64,000 nucleotides of DNA from Balanoglossus misakiensis (Eukaryota > Animalia > Hemichordata), in contig CM082595.2 in the NCBI GenBank assembly GCA_040954595.2, positions 8,104,317 through 8,168,316 of the forward strand, in the 5' to 3' direction. Shown one piece after another: positions 50,792 through 61,523 of this stretch. The translations under genes were made by a program, and so were the position numbers. The number at the start of each line of letters is the position of its first letter. The first letter of the stretch is position 1. The notes beneath the pieces were generated by a model. The model was not told the origin of the DNA, did not search any database, and was given only the letters and a program-made list of their open reading frames with translations.

Positions 50792-53032
50792 ATTCCTGTT
50801 GATGATGTTAATGTGAAACGCTCTAAATGGGTCCACAAGAACACTGAAGTATGTGCAGATAATAGTGAATCTTTGAAGCTGTCGCGACGTCAACAGTATG
50901 AACGTAGGTGTGAAACCTTATCAGCAGCCATAAATATTCATGTAGCAACTACAGATGTAAGCCCAGCCAAAGGTATAAATAAACCGAATGTACTACATCC
51001 ACCAAAAGCAGCACTTGATGGTTTGTGGTATACTCTTGTTAATTCTGCCACTCCTGACCAAATGAAAACATACTCCAGAACCTCTCCCCAAATCAGTAAA
51101 AAAGTAATGCCATCAGTATTTGATAAATACATCAGTAAATTTGAGAAAAGTGAGAACAATTTGGTGAGGAGTGTCAGAACTATGTATGAGGGCGGAGTAC
51201 TATCCAAACGAAAATATAACTGTCTGAGGCAGAGTGAACTTCAGATGTTCTCCAACTTGAAACATCCTAGGAAAGCATTAGAAATTCATTCTGGCTGTAG
51301 AATACCAAGACTGCTCCCATACACAAAAGTTGTACAGTATGTAAGTAACCTTGGCATTGGAAATCTTGAGCCAATTATATCATCTGAAGGCAAACAAGTC
51401 GGCTTAAAAAGAAACCCTGAGGAGTTGCTTATTAAGATTGCCAGTTTATATTTAAATATGGGGGAAACACAGCCTGATATTCTTAACTGGTTCGGTAAAC
51501 AGGAGGGCTCATTTCAAATCAGTATAGGTGCTGACGGGGCTCCGTTTGGCAAACATGGACAGGCCACTGCATGGCTAGTTAGTTTCTTGAATGTGACCCA
51601 CCGTGTTGCTAGCCCAGACCACAATTTTCTCCTGTTAGGGGCAAACATAAAAGAGGATGACCCCATAATGATTGAATTTGCAATTGCATTGTCAAAAGAC
51701 CTTGAGTGTATTGAGAAACGTAAATATAAAGTTGGCAGTCTTGATGTAACTTTTCAGGTGTCACTTTTACCCTTTGATCAGAAGGGATTGGCCAGTGTGT
51801 CTGGAGAACTAAGCAATGCAGCAAAGTATTTCAGCTCATTTGTTAACGTTTCCAAAAATGATATTGATTGTATTGGAGCAGAAATTGGCCCAGGTCAGAA
51901 GTGGGATGAATGGAAATATCAGAAAAGAATTAAAGATGCAGAAGCTGTTGAAAAGTTGAAGTCAACTAAGAAAATTAAAACTGGAAAGCCCAAAAAAATG
52001 CGACCCAAAATCACACAATTTATAGCCAGTCTGAGGTCAAGACAGGAATTTGTACCACCGTTGGGTAGATTTATTGATTGTGCCAAGGCTGAGCCATTGC
52101 ATTTAAAGAACAATGCATGGCAATACTACTTCCAACGATTACTGATTGACGCAGTTGCCCACACTTCGGAAAAGGATCGTGAAAATGGAGTTAAAATTGA
52201 GAATCTACATAACGAGTCATATCTGTACAAATTCCTGTCTGCCCTAAAATATCAAGTAAAAGCTGGAAAGTTGTATAATAAGATTGTAAAATACTTCAAT
52301 GAAAATAGTGTCAAGTCAAATGCCAACATTAATGTGGTTTATCGCTTCACTGGTGAGGAGTCTCGCAAACTTGCTTGGCATTTCATGGGATTGGTATTAG
52401 CATTGAGAAGCGATACAGACAGTCCAAAGCGTCGGGCTCAATTAGCTCTCTACACATATACTGGTATCTTGCTTAGAGATATCACTTTGTTATTCTCACG
52501 ATTCAACATAAATGAGGGAGATTTGCTTGTACTTAGGCATAAGTGTCGGTGGTACTTTAATCTACATTCCCTGTTTCTGAATGTCAATAATACTGTGTGG
52601 CACATTGGTTATGTAGTCCCAAAACACACCACTAGTATCTATAAGCAATTCAGTCTGGGATTAGGCCTAAACACAATGGAAGGCAGAGAGGCAAAGCATC
52701 TACGCCTGCTAGAATTCAGTGAAAATTCAACACCTCAAAATAGGTGGGCCCTCATATTTCGACACGAATATGTGATGCTTTTTTGGCTGAGGAACAAAAG
52801 TCCAAAAGCTGACAACTATAGAAGGGCAAATGTAGGTCAATTTGAGCTTAAAGAAAAAGAAAAATACATTCCCAGTCGATATTATGAGAATGCAGGCTAC
52901 TGTATGTGTGGCAATTTGAAAAATGAAACAATGACTGCCTGTGAAATATGTGTTGACCCAATTATGGATGACATAAAAAAAGCAGCTGTCACTGGTAAAA
53001 TATCAAATAAACTCAAGAAACTTATGCTGTGA
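50792..53032 (+). CDS. Transposase exon 2: RAG1/Transib-like DDE core (spliced product ~894 aa)
   Basis: Open frame with motifs collinear with RAG1: GADGAP (cf. SCDGMG), FDQKGLASVSG (cf. YDEKLVREVEG), EPLHLKNN (cf. DALHCDIGN), RFTGEESRKL (cf. RMNGNFARKL), NNTVWH..VP (cf. TNYFHK..HVP), LGLNTMEGREAKH (cf. IGAWASEGNESGN). C-terminal CMC..CEIC. Confidence 0.75.
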   Translation: MPVDDVNVKRSKWVHKNTEVCADNSESLKLSRRQQYERRCETLSAAINIHVATTDVSPAKGINKPNVLHPPKAALDGLWYTLVNSATPDQMKTYSRTSPQISKKVMPSVFDKYISKFEKSENNLVRSVRTMYEGGVLSKRKYNCLRQSELQMFSNLKHPRKALEIHSGCRIPRLLPYTKVVQYVSNLGIGNLEPIISSEGKQVGLKRNPEELLIKIASLYLNMGETQPDILNWFGKQEGSFQISIGADGAPFGKHGQATAWLVSFLNVTHRVASPDHNFLLLGANIKEDDPIMIEFAIALSKDLECIEKRKYKVGSLDVTFQVSLLPFDQKGLASVSGELSNAAKYFSSFVNVSKNDIDCIGAEIGPGQKWDEWKYQKRIKDAEAVEKLKSTKKIKTGKPKKMRPKITQFIASLRSRQEFVPPLGRFIDCAKAEPLHLKNNAWQYYFQRLLIDAVAHTSEKDRENGVKIENLHNESYLYKFLSALKYQVKAGKLYNKIVKYFNENSVKSNANINVVYRFTGEESRKLAWHFMGLVLALRSDTDSPKRRAQLALYTYTGILLRDITLLFSRFNINEGDLLVLRHKCRWYFNLHSLFLNVNNTVWHIGYVVPKHTTSIYKQFSLGLGLNTMEGREAKHLRLLEFSENSTPQNRWALIFRHEYVMLFWLRNKSPKADNYRRANVGQFELKEKEKYIPSRYYENAGYCMCGNLKNETMTACEICVDPIMDDIKKAAVTGKISNKLKKLML

Positions 53033-53882
53033 ACAATGATTGAATTTGAAACAGTGGATTGTGTCACTGTGTGCTACTTTAGAATTAAAGGATAACTATG
53101 GTATTAATTACATTACAGAATTATAAAGACTCATCTGTAGTTGAGAGCTGCATTTAAAAAAATGGAGATCACAAATCACATGAATTCACACTTTTTGAAC
53201 TGGAGATGATATGTTTCTTATGGGATTTTGTATATGTGTGCATGTATGGGGACAGGGAAATTGAAACTTATCTTACCACTATTAAGTATTGTGAATAAAC
53301 CCTTAATCGTATAGTGATTGCAGTGCTTTGCAAAATTAAAATGTATGACATACATAAGCTTGATAGAAAAGTTTTACATTTTTCTTGAGGAGTTGTTTAT
53401 TCTGCACCTGCACGAAATTTTAATGAATTTGTGAAAAAATAAAGAATTAAGTCTCATCAAATTCTTGATATTTATAAATTTTGTCATGGAATTAATTGTA
53501 AATATTAATTAAATTTAGACCAGAAATCCTGGTTAACTGTTAGATGAGCAGTTTTGATTGACTTATCAATGTTGATTGTAGGTAACATACATTTTTTTCT
53601 GAAACTAATGAAAAATCTATGTTACAATAATGATGGAAAAAAAGAATTTTACAGTTTAGGAAATGTTGTAAACATTATCTGTTCATTTGTATTGAATGTA
53701 GATAAATAAAGACAAGTGATGAATTTTTGAGTTTCTAATTTTCCTTTTTTTATTTGAATATATGTCAATTGTGAGAGGACTGTCTTGACAGACTGATACA
53801 TCTACACTGAACAACATGTGCCACAGATCAGGAAAAAAATGTTCCTCAGATGGGTTGAATCAGTGTGAAAAATCAATAGGGT

Positions 53883-54533
53883 TCAGTTCTCTGGATGTAA
53901 TGGAATTCCATGTTTGTTCCAGGCACCTAAGCTGAATCTAACAGCAACAGTCTCCCTGTTGATAAAATATTTCACAACACAGGGCTTCTCAGGTGTGCAT
54001 ATAACAGCTACCCTCTTTCCACGGACTTTCTTCTCTAGGATATTCTCTGTATGCTGACCGATAGCGCCCTCGTAGCAATAACCTTTTCGTATCACATACA
54101 ATAGCTTCAAGGAACTTGTGAAGGTCAAGGTTATGATAGCCCTGGAGGTCTTCTCGTCGATACCAAAACCGGTCTGAGTAGCAAACTGATGAAAAACATC
54201 AAATACTTCCCTCGGCATTTGTCGTGTAAAGCTGCTTTGCCATGGTGACCTTAACGACGGGGATGTTGACAGCCGAGCGTAGAAGGTCTTCTGCCAGTAG
54301 GTCATATCACGCTGAAACATGGGAAATACGGCGACGTCACGCCAACCAATCTTGTCCTTTGACAGCTTGTCGTTTCGAAATATGGCCCTTGTTGTCACAT
54401 CCTCAAGTTCATCAAAGAGTGGGTGTATATACAGATTGTCCGACACGCATTTTTTACGTTTAAGCACAGATTTTGCCTCTCGCAATTTGCGTTTTATAAC
54501 TTTCTCGGCATCGATCAACACGGGCGCTGCCAT
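53883..54533 (-). CDS. Hypothetical 216-aa protein, convergent partner gene inside the transposon
   Basis: Intronless ORF that is GC-richer than its flanks, with a strong start context CAAGATGGCAGCG 84 bp inside the right end and a basic N-terminus (KRKLREAKSVLKRKK). No family recognised. Confidence 0.6.
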   Translation of the reverse strand: MAAPVLIDAEKVIKRKLREAKSVLKRKKCVSDNLYIHPLFDELEDVTTRAIFRNDKLSKDKIGWRDVAVFPMFQRDMTYWQKTFYARLSTSPSLRSPWQSSFTRQMPREVFDVFHQFATQTGFGIDEKTSRAIITLTFTSSLKLLYVIRKGYCYEGAIGQHTENILEKKVRGKRVAVICTPEKPCVVKYFINRETVAVRFSLGAWNKHGIPLHPEN

Positions 54534-57500
54534 CTTGGCAATGCGTTGCTATGGTGAACATGGGAGCTCGCGCTTCGCGGAATACTGTCCGACATAGCTC
54601 TAGTATTTCCCGCAGTGTGGATAATGGAGTTTTATTGTTGATGTTTTTGGTTATACATTTATCTTATTGATAGCTAGTTCGATTTAAGTACCAAGACCAT
54701 TCTCAGTATAAAAAGTAGAATACATTTTCCGAGAGAATAGCTAGATATAAAGCTGTGAAATTATGGTCTAATGAGGGGGTTTAATATTTAGTGAGTTATC
54801 AGTTTTTAATTTGCATGTGGAATTCAAGATTTAAGATTTGGTATAGAGATATCAAAGAAACGGAGGTAAATTTGAAATGACACTAACAGCACTAACAGGG
54901 CATAATTGACAAAGTGCTTTTTAATGTTTAATAGCATTTAAAAGCCCATTTGAACTTTATCTTTTGCATTGTTTTGTGCTTGACATGACTTCATAATTGA
55001 GTACAGAGATCTAATAGTAATCACTAGTGATTGTTGTAATAATTTTTTTACACTGCTAGCCATATTGGTTTGTGGTCACTGTAGTATGATTCAAGTACAC
55101 CAACTTGTGTTGACTGAATATTCGTATAAATATGATCAAGGCAAGATCCATAGTTTGTTGTTGGTTCTTGAATAAGTTGTTTGTACTTGAGTTGGTTTGT
55201 CATTAATTCCATTAATTGCTTTACTGAAGATGTTTGTTGTAACAAATCAACATTGAAATCACCAAGTAGCACTGTTGGTAGATTTTCATGCAGTTGTTCG
55301 CTAAGGTTTAGAAGAGCACTTTGTAAGGTGTCTATTGATGTTGAAGGAGGAATGTAAATAGCAACTACTTGAAGTAAGCCAAGTGTTGCTTTGTATACTG
55401 CTGTGACAAATTCACAGTGAAAGTAATGGTGTGAATGTGGAAGAGACTCCAGGGTGTTAGCGTTGCTGTACAATACTAGCCCATGATATGGTCTTCTTTG
55501 TTGTTTACTGTTGTCATCATGTCTGGAAATTTCAAAATCTGGAATTCTGTAATCATCATTCTGATCAGCACTTTGTAATCTTGATTCACTGCAAATAAGT
55601 ACATCAGCTGATGTCAAATTGAAATCATTCACAACATCTTGGAAATGGCAATGGAGAGATCTTACATTTTGATAAGCAATAATAAATTTGTTTGGTATAT
55701 CATAGGGAAAGTCAAACAAAGTTGTAACATGGAATGAGATCGCATGCGTTGCATTTCTTGTGTGACATCAGTGCTGACAGATATTTGATTTTCGTGTAAT
55801 GTGGTTATGTGAAGACCAGCCAGTTTTGTGACCCTGCTAAGCGCAACATAGTGTATATGACACTGGTTTCTGTTTGAAGCAGTGCTAAAATCAACAACCG
55901 CATCATTCAGAGTATCACCTTGGCAACGGTGGACAGTTTTTCCACTGGCTGGTCTAATGGGAATTGTTTTCTAACAACTTCAGCATTTCTGTGTCTTCCT
56001 ACTCTGAACTGCCGTGATATCTGTGCAATGGGTGTCCATGATTTGGTTATTTTTCTGTGGTATAAATGACGTTTTTCTTGTCGTAGTGCCTTGCCAACAG
56101 CGCTATCATCAAATAAAATCCATAGAATTGTGACATCATCCAAGTCTGGTCCATCAATAAACTTGATTATTCCTGGAGTACCGTTTATTAATCCATCATC
56201 AACACACAGATTCATACACAGTTCAACTCGTTGATTTATTCCAACAGATAATTGAGATACTAATCCCATTGTCTTTTGAGGGCCTAACAATTTAACTATG
56301 GCTAATGTTTTTTGTTTCACTGTTTCAGAGACATCCCCAATTACAGTATCAGTAGCAAATACATTTGTTTTAGTTTCTGTGAGTCTATCATACACTGACA
56401 TATTATGATCATCAACGAGTTTGTTCTCACAATACAGATGAACTATTGAATCATCATAAGGTGGACTTACATTATTGCTTTGTACTATCCGAGTTTTGAG
56501 AATACTTATGTCATCTGATGTGTGTTTTCCTTCCCGTACACGATTCAGTAATTCTGCAAAATTCAAGTAATCTTTTTGGCGCATAATATCTGTTAGTTCA
56601 AACATTTGGAAAAGTTCTTTCCATATATTCAAAGCAAGTGGTAATAATCATGCCTAAGGTCATGAAATATCCAGCCATCAAAGACAGGCTTTAATTGATA
56701 TAGGTCTCCAAATGCAACTATATTGACACCACCAAAGAGTTGATTATTTGCCATGATTTGTTTCAGTCTAAGGTTGATGTAGTTGAACATACCATTGTCA
56801 ACCATGGAGATTTCATCAATGAAAATGACTTTCAGATTTCTATATTATGCTTGCAAAGTATTTAGTCTTTCTGATGTTAATGGTCGATAGTGAAATCCTT
56901 GACTTGCAGGAATTTGTAGTGCTGAGTGAATTGTACTTTCCTTAATATTGCATGCCGCCTTGCCTGTTGGTGCCATGAGTAAAATGAATACATTGTCAGG
57001 ATTTTGACCGGGAAGACTTGAAAGATGTTTCAATAGTACTTGATAGAGTGATTTCAGAACAAGAGATTTACCAACACCTGCTCCGCCTGTTACAAATACA
57101 TGCAAAGGATCTGTTTTTGTTTTAATCCATTGAATTACATGATAGAATATTTCTTTTTGCTTCTTGTTAAGAGTCTGTAAAAGGGGGTAAAGTTCAGTGT
57201 CAGGCATTCGTGGGTGTAGAAGTTCATTAATATTAGGATTGTTTACAGCAATACCAATGTCTTGACCTATGTCATAATGTGAATGACTGTCATCCTGTGG
57301 GGCAAATATGTTCATTGTGTTACTTTGTCTACATCCTTCTGCAGAGTCTTGTCTTTCCTGATGTTCTGTATTTGGAACAATGTTGTCAAACATATCCACA
57401 GCTGTACTCTGTACTGCTTCAATTGCTTGATCTAATGCCTCAGCATTTTTATTGTATTCTTTTTGTTTAGTATCTACTTGCTGTTTGACTTGTAAATAGC

Positions 57501-57932
57501 GCTCGTAGTATGTATTACAACCAGCCATTAGTTGATTTTCATATCGCCAATGATAAAACAACATTACCAACTCTCTGTAATGATTTTCTGTGTCTCTTTC
57601 TTTATGGAAACGAACATATCGGATGACTTTACTTTTTGTGCGTTTATTGTAGATAAGGCTGCCCACACGATAAATTGTTTGACCCTCCTCGTCCTCATTG
57701 TTGTACAAATCATCGTTGTCTTTCTTATCTAGCTCATCATCTTTTTCCTTTTCAAATTTATACCAAGCTGCAAAATCTGCCAAGCACAAATTCTCAAGGG
57801 CCTTTGGACGACGCTCATATTTTTTCAAGATGTTGTCACTTTCTATATCAGTAGCATTTGCTGGCATATTTCGTATTTCGTCCAGTGGTTTCAGTAGGAT
57901 AACTCGATCATTAGGAGGTGCTGTATTAACAA

Positions 57933-58388
57933 TTATAATATACCTCATGCTAATACTGTGCCGTGATTCGCCAGAATCCGTCACGTGATAGGAAAATAGA
58001 ATCGACTATGAACCGCTAGGGAAATAGCACAAAAAATATAAACCGGTCACGTGACCAGCGTGAGTGCGCAGACTCGGTCACGTCAATCAGCGTCGCGTCG
58101 TCTGACACAATGGCCACCGCGGAAGATGTCGTCTGCCAACCTCAAGAGAAAATTGCAAGATTTTCCCAGCTGTTAGCATGAGGTTTATTATAAAACACCT
58201 ATAGCCTGGCCTATATTCGGGCCATAGCGGCCGTTTATTACACCCTCGTGGCTGTGAGTTACCAGAATCATACGCTATTTCCCTCGGCCTACGGCCTCGA
58301 GAAATAGCATGTGATTCTGGTAACTCACAGCCCCTCGGGTGTAATAAACGGCCGCTATGGCCCTCATGGCCAGGCAATAGGTGTTCAA
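57933..58388. mobile_element. Composite palindromic insertion: TIR-bounded segment (57934-58192) abutting a ~195-bp hairpin (58194-58388); possibly a Crypton-like non-autonomous element
   Basis: TATAATATACCTCATGCTAA pairs with TTAGCATGAGGTTTATTATA. AACACCTATAGCCTGGCC...GGCCAGGCAATAGGTGTT is a near-complete palindrome centred on CTCGGCCTACGGCCTCG. It splits the RepHel peptide RDVI|VNTAPP. Confidence 0.8.
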
Positions 58389-60159
58389 TATGACATCTCG
58401 TGAAGCTCTTCTTAATTTCATTTGCAATGTAAGATAGACAGCTTCTTGAGCACTAACTTCAACATGATTTAGGAATTTGTTTCCTATGTGTCTGACACTT
58501 TCCCTGATGTCTTGATTTCCTTCTCTCACTTCATCTACAGCTCTAGCGAGCAAGTTACTCACTCCTCGTTGAGCTTTACTGATGTAAGATGCTATGTACA
58601 TAGCACAGGCATATGGATCTATAATAAATTGAATGTCCATATTTGCTCTCCATGCTTTCAGTAGAATTTCATTGTAATTATTGATTCTGATTTCATTTGG
58701 GGATCTCTTGAGGAAGATTTTCTCTGATGTTAGAGATGACTGTAGTGCATTAATGTAGGTCTGTTCATCTAGTTGTATTTTATCTAAGAATTCATCAAAT
58801 GAGATATTTTCTCCACATTGTAAATCAGCAAGTACACTTTTAATATGTTTATAGTGTTCTGTAAGTCTCTGTTCTGTTGTTTCATCAATATCCATGGGTA
58901 ATGGTTCCAATATCATTGTTCTTGGCATAGGTGGAAGAGGAAAGCCAAATCTACAAACACACTGACCTTTCAGTTTACATGTTTTTGCATGTCTATGCAT
59001 TTGATAATTTATCAATTCTGCAAGGTTTTCATCACTGGTTTCATTGCTGCATGTAATATACTGATCTATGAAATTGGTAATTTTATCATTATCATTTTTC
59101 ACCATATACTGGTGCATCTTTGATCCATACAAGCATGTGTACATGTGGTGACCCTCTTTGTTTAAATTCAACTCTGTAAAAGTAGTCCTGTATTTTACCA
59201 AGTGGATGATGTGAGCTCAGAAGAAAATCATGCATTAATTGCTGAAAGCAATGATCAAAGTGTCGAGCACAAGTAACAAGGTCTGATTTGATCAGTTCCG
59301 ACTTTGTGTTCCACGACATATTTAATATATCATTGTCTGTGTACTCCTTTTCATGAACTGTCTTGCCAAGAATTTTCAGCAGATGTATCCATTTGGACCG
59401 GTTCACATAATTCAGAAGCAAGATTTGTACCATTATTGTTCAAAAATTCTTCCCAGTTATCATCAGACTCATTTTGATCACAAACGTTCCAATTTGTACC
59501 AATTGTTATCTTTTCTGCTTTATACAAAGGACTGTTTTCAACTAACCACTTTGCTGCTATTAAAACTTTCTGAGGTCTAACATTTTCAACTTGGTAGGCA
59601 TGATTGTAGCTGATTTTCCTCTTGAATTTGACTGGTATTGTTTGTGATTCATTGATAGTTCTCGGTAATGTCGAAACAGTACTAGAGACATCTGCTATGA
59701 CATTGACAATATTGCCTTTGAGACTAATTTGTCTACCCCGTGGCAATTCTCTTATTTGCATGAAAGGAATACGCAAGGCCACAAGTCTTTCTTCAAGTGG
59801 ATGTAATTGTAACTCTGGTGGGATTACTGGAAATGACATTTTGTTTGCTACAGCACAGGGTGGCAGCTTTGAGTCTTTTAAATACGAGTAGCAAGTTCTA
59901 CATAATGGTGACATTTCATCAGTTGTGGCATTTGCATTTACATGGGTTGATGAAAATAATGAAAATTTACTTTGGATATTATTGTAGTTTACAACACTTT
60001 CTCTGTACCACAGCTGTTCACAGCACACACATACAAATGTTGGACCATTCTGAACTGATTTATGAAATACATCAATAAGCTCTTTAATTGATTTGGCACC
60101 AACACAATTTCTGTTAATTTTCTTAGCTCTTGCATCTGCTTCCCTTTCAGATTGTCTGT

Positions 60160-60470
60160 ACACTTCATCAGACCGTCTTAATTTCATTGATTCAACATTT
60201 CTCTGTTGTTCATGTTGTCTGTACATTTCATCAGACCGTCTTAATTTCATTGATTCAACATTTCTCTGTTGTTCACGTTGTCTGTAAACTTCATCGGACC
60301 GTCTCAATTTCATTGATTGAACATTTCTCTGTTGTTCACTTTGTATGTACCCTTGATCGGACTGTCTTAATATCATTGATTGAACATTTCTCTGTTGTTC
60401 ACATTTTCTGTACACTTCATCAGACCGTCTTAATTTCATTGATTCTACATTTCTCTGCTGTTCATTTTGC
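60160..60470 (-). repeat. In-frame 60-bp tandem repeat (20 aa, EQQRNV[E/Q]SMKLRRSDEVYRQ), ~5 copies
   Basis: Visible in the translation of ORF 59351-60634. Confidence 0.93.
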
Positions 60471-61523
60471 CTCCACCAACTATTAGATCTTTTGATTCTT
60501 TTATATGATAAGTCTCTTTGTTTTTCATTCTCCTTAAAGTCAACATTTTTTCTTTTTTCTTGCTTTCTCTTCTTGTCTCTCTCTTTTTCCCTTTCCCTAT
60601 AACTTGCAAAGCCTATATTATGTGTTGTGATCATATCATGTGTTTGCCCGATTCATGATCAGAGTCCTCAAGTGTCTGTGTAAGATGTGTATCTGTTATC
60701 TCATGGAAGTCATAGTGACCACTATCAATTTGTCCTTGTTCACGGATTGCATGATATAACAGGTGTATTGTCACTGAGGAATCACCCTCTATGAGAAATG
60801 GTTCATTGAGAATATCTAAATGAACTGCAATCTTCACATTGTATGCTGAAGCAGCTGCAGTTATTTCAATATGGCCACCAAAAGTTGCAAAACCTGGATC
60901 AGATTTAGACATGTACTGCCTGTAGTCATCTTGATTATTTACACTAAATCTCTGATATTCAGCAATAATGAAATCTTTATATTCATCCCAATGATCACAT
61001 ATATAGTTTACAGTTTGTAATCTAACAGCATTATGATGAATCTGAGTTGCAAATAGGCCTTGACTTATAGCCCTAAATAGACAATTGCCATCACCCTCAA
61101 TAACAACCTTTCTATAAGAATTTGATGACATTGTCTTTTATGTTGGAGATGCAACTTTCTCTTTTTATTTTTGGCCTTTGTGCTTAATTTCTTTACTCTC
61201 ATTGTATTGATGTATTCAACTTGTTACAGATGTGATGTGATTCCTTCAGATTATTCAAGTACTTACAGTATCAAAAAGATATGATCTGGAGTAAATGCTG
61301 TTGTGTTTCACTCAAGAACTCCTCTACAAATGGTCTCTGTATTTCTCTAGGATGGATTATTTGATAAAACACCAAGAATAAATAAAATATATCTCTGTAT
61401 GTTGTGAATATATATCTTGTGGCAGTCACACTAAGATAAAAGCAAGTACTCAAATCTTCCAATTTTCAAATATTTAATTGATTCTTATGATAGCAAGTGT
61501 GATTATTATAATAGTGAGCGTTC

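Larger units (their letters stand above)
49148..54617 (+). mobile_element. Apparently intact 5470-bp DNA transposon of the CMC/Transib (CACTA-Chapaev-RAG) clan with two convergent genes
   Basis: Ends are CACTACAG (49148) and CCGCAGTG (54617, reverse complement CACTGCGG). TGG flanks both sides (49145-49147, 54618-54620). A second matching block GG(G/A)CAGTATT sits at positions 28-37 from each end. The element encloses a DDE transposase ORF. Confidence 0.75.
55048..61131 (-). pseudogene. Second, degraded Helentron RepHel (OTU - 20-aa repeats - Zn finger - Rep - PIF1 helicase - APE), from a different family than the first
   Basis: Fragments in order: OTU IEGDGNCLFRA..GGHIEI..GHYD (60631-61131); CVCC/CRTC (59351-60634); VEFKQRGSPHVH (59092-59433); YIASYISK (58275-59201); TGGAGVGKS (56845-57984); DIMRQ and RKQFPL (55907-56632); EEP QNVRSL, GDFNVD, LDHIY, SDH (55048-55719). 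Broken by frameshifts, a stop at 56845, a deletion near 59430 and an insertion at ~57933-58388. Confidence 0.92.

Noticed and set aside
50792-53032. Calling the gene RAG1
   Set aside because: Only motif-level similarity by eye. There is no RING or recognisable nonamer-binding GRP motif, the Zn ligands are absent, and the TSD is 3 bp rather than 5 bp.
53883-54533. RAG2-like gene
   Set aside because: The position resembles ProtoRAG RAG2L, but it is too short for a six-bladed kelch domain and shows no GG kelch motifs or PHD Cys/His pattern.
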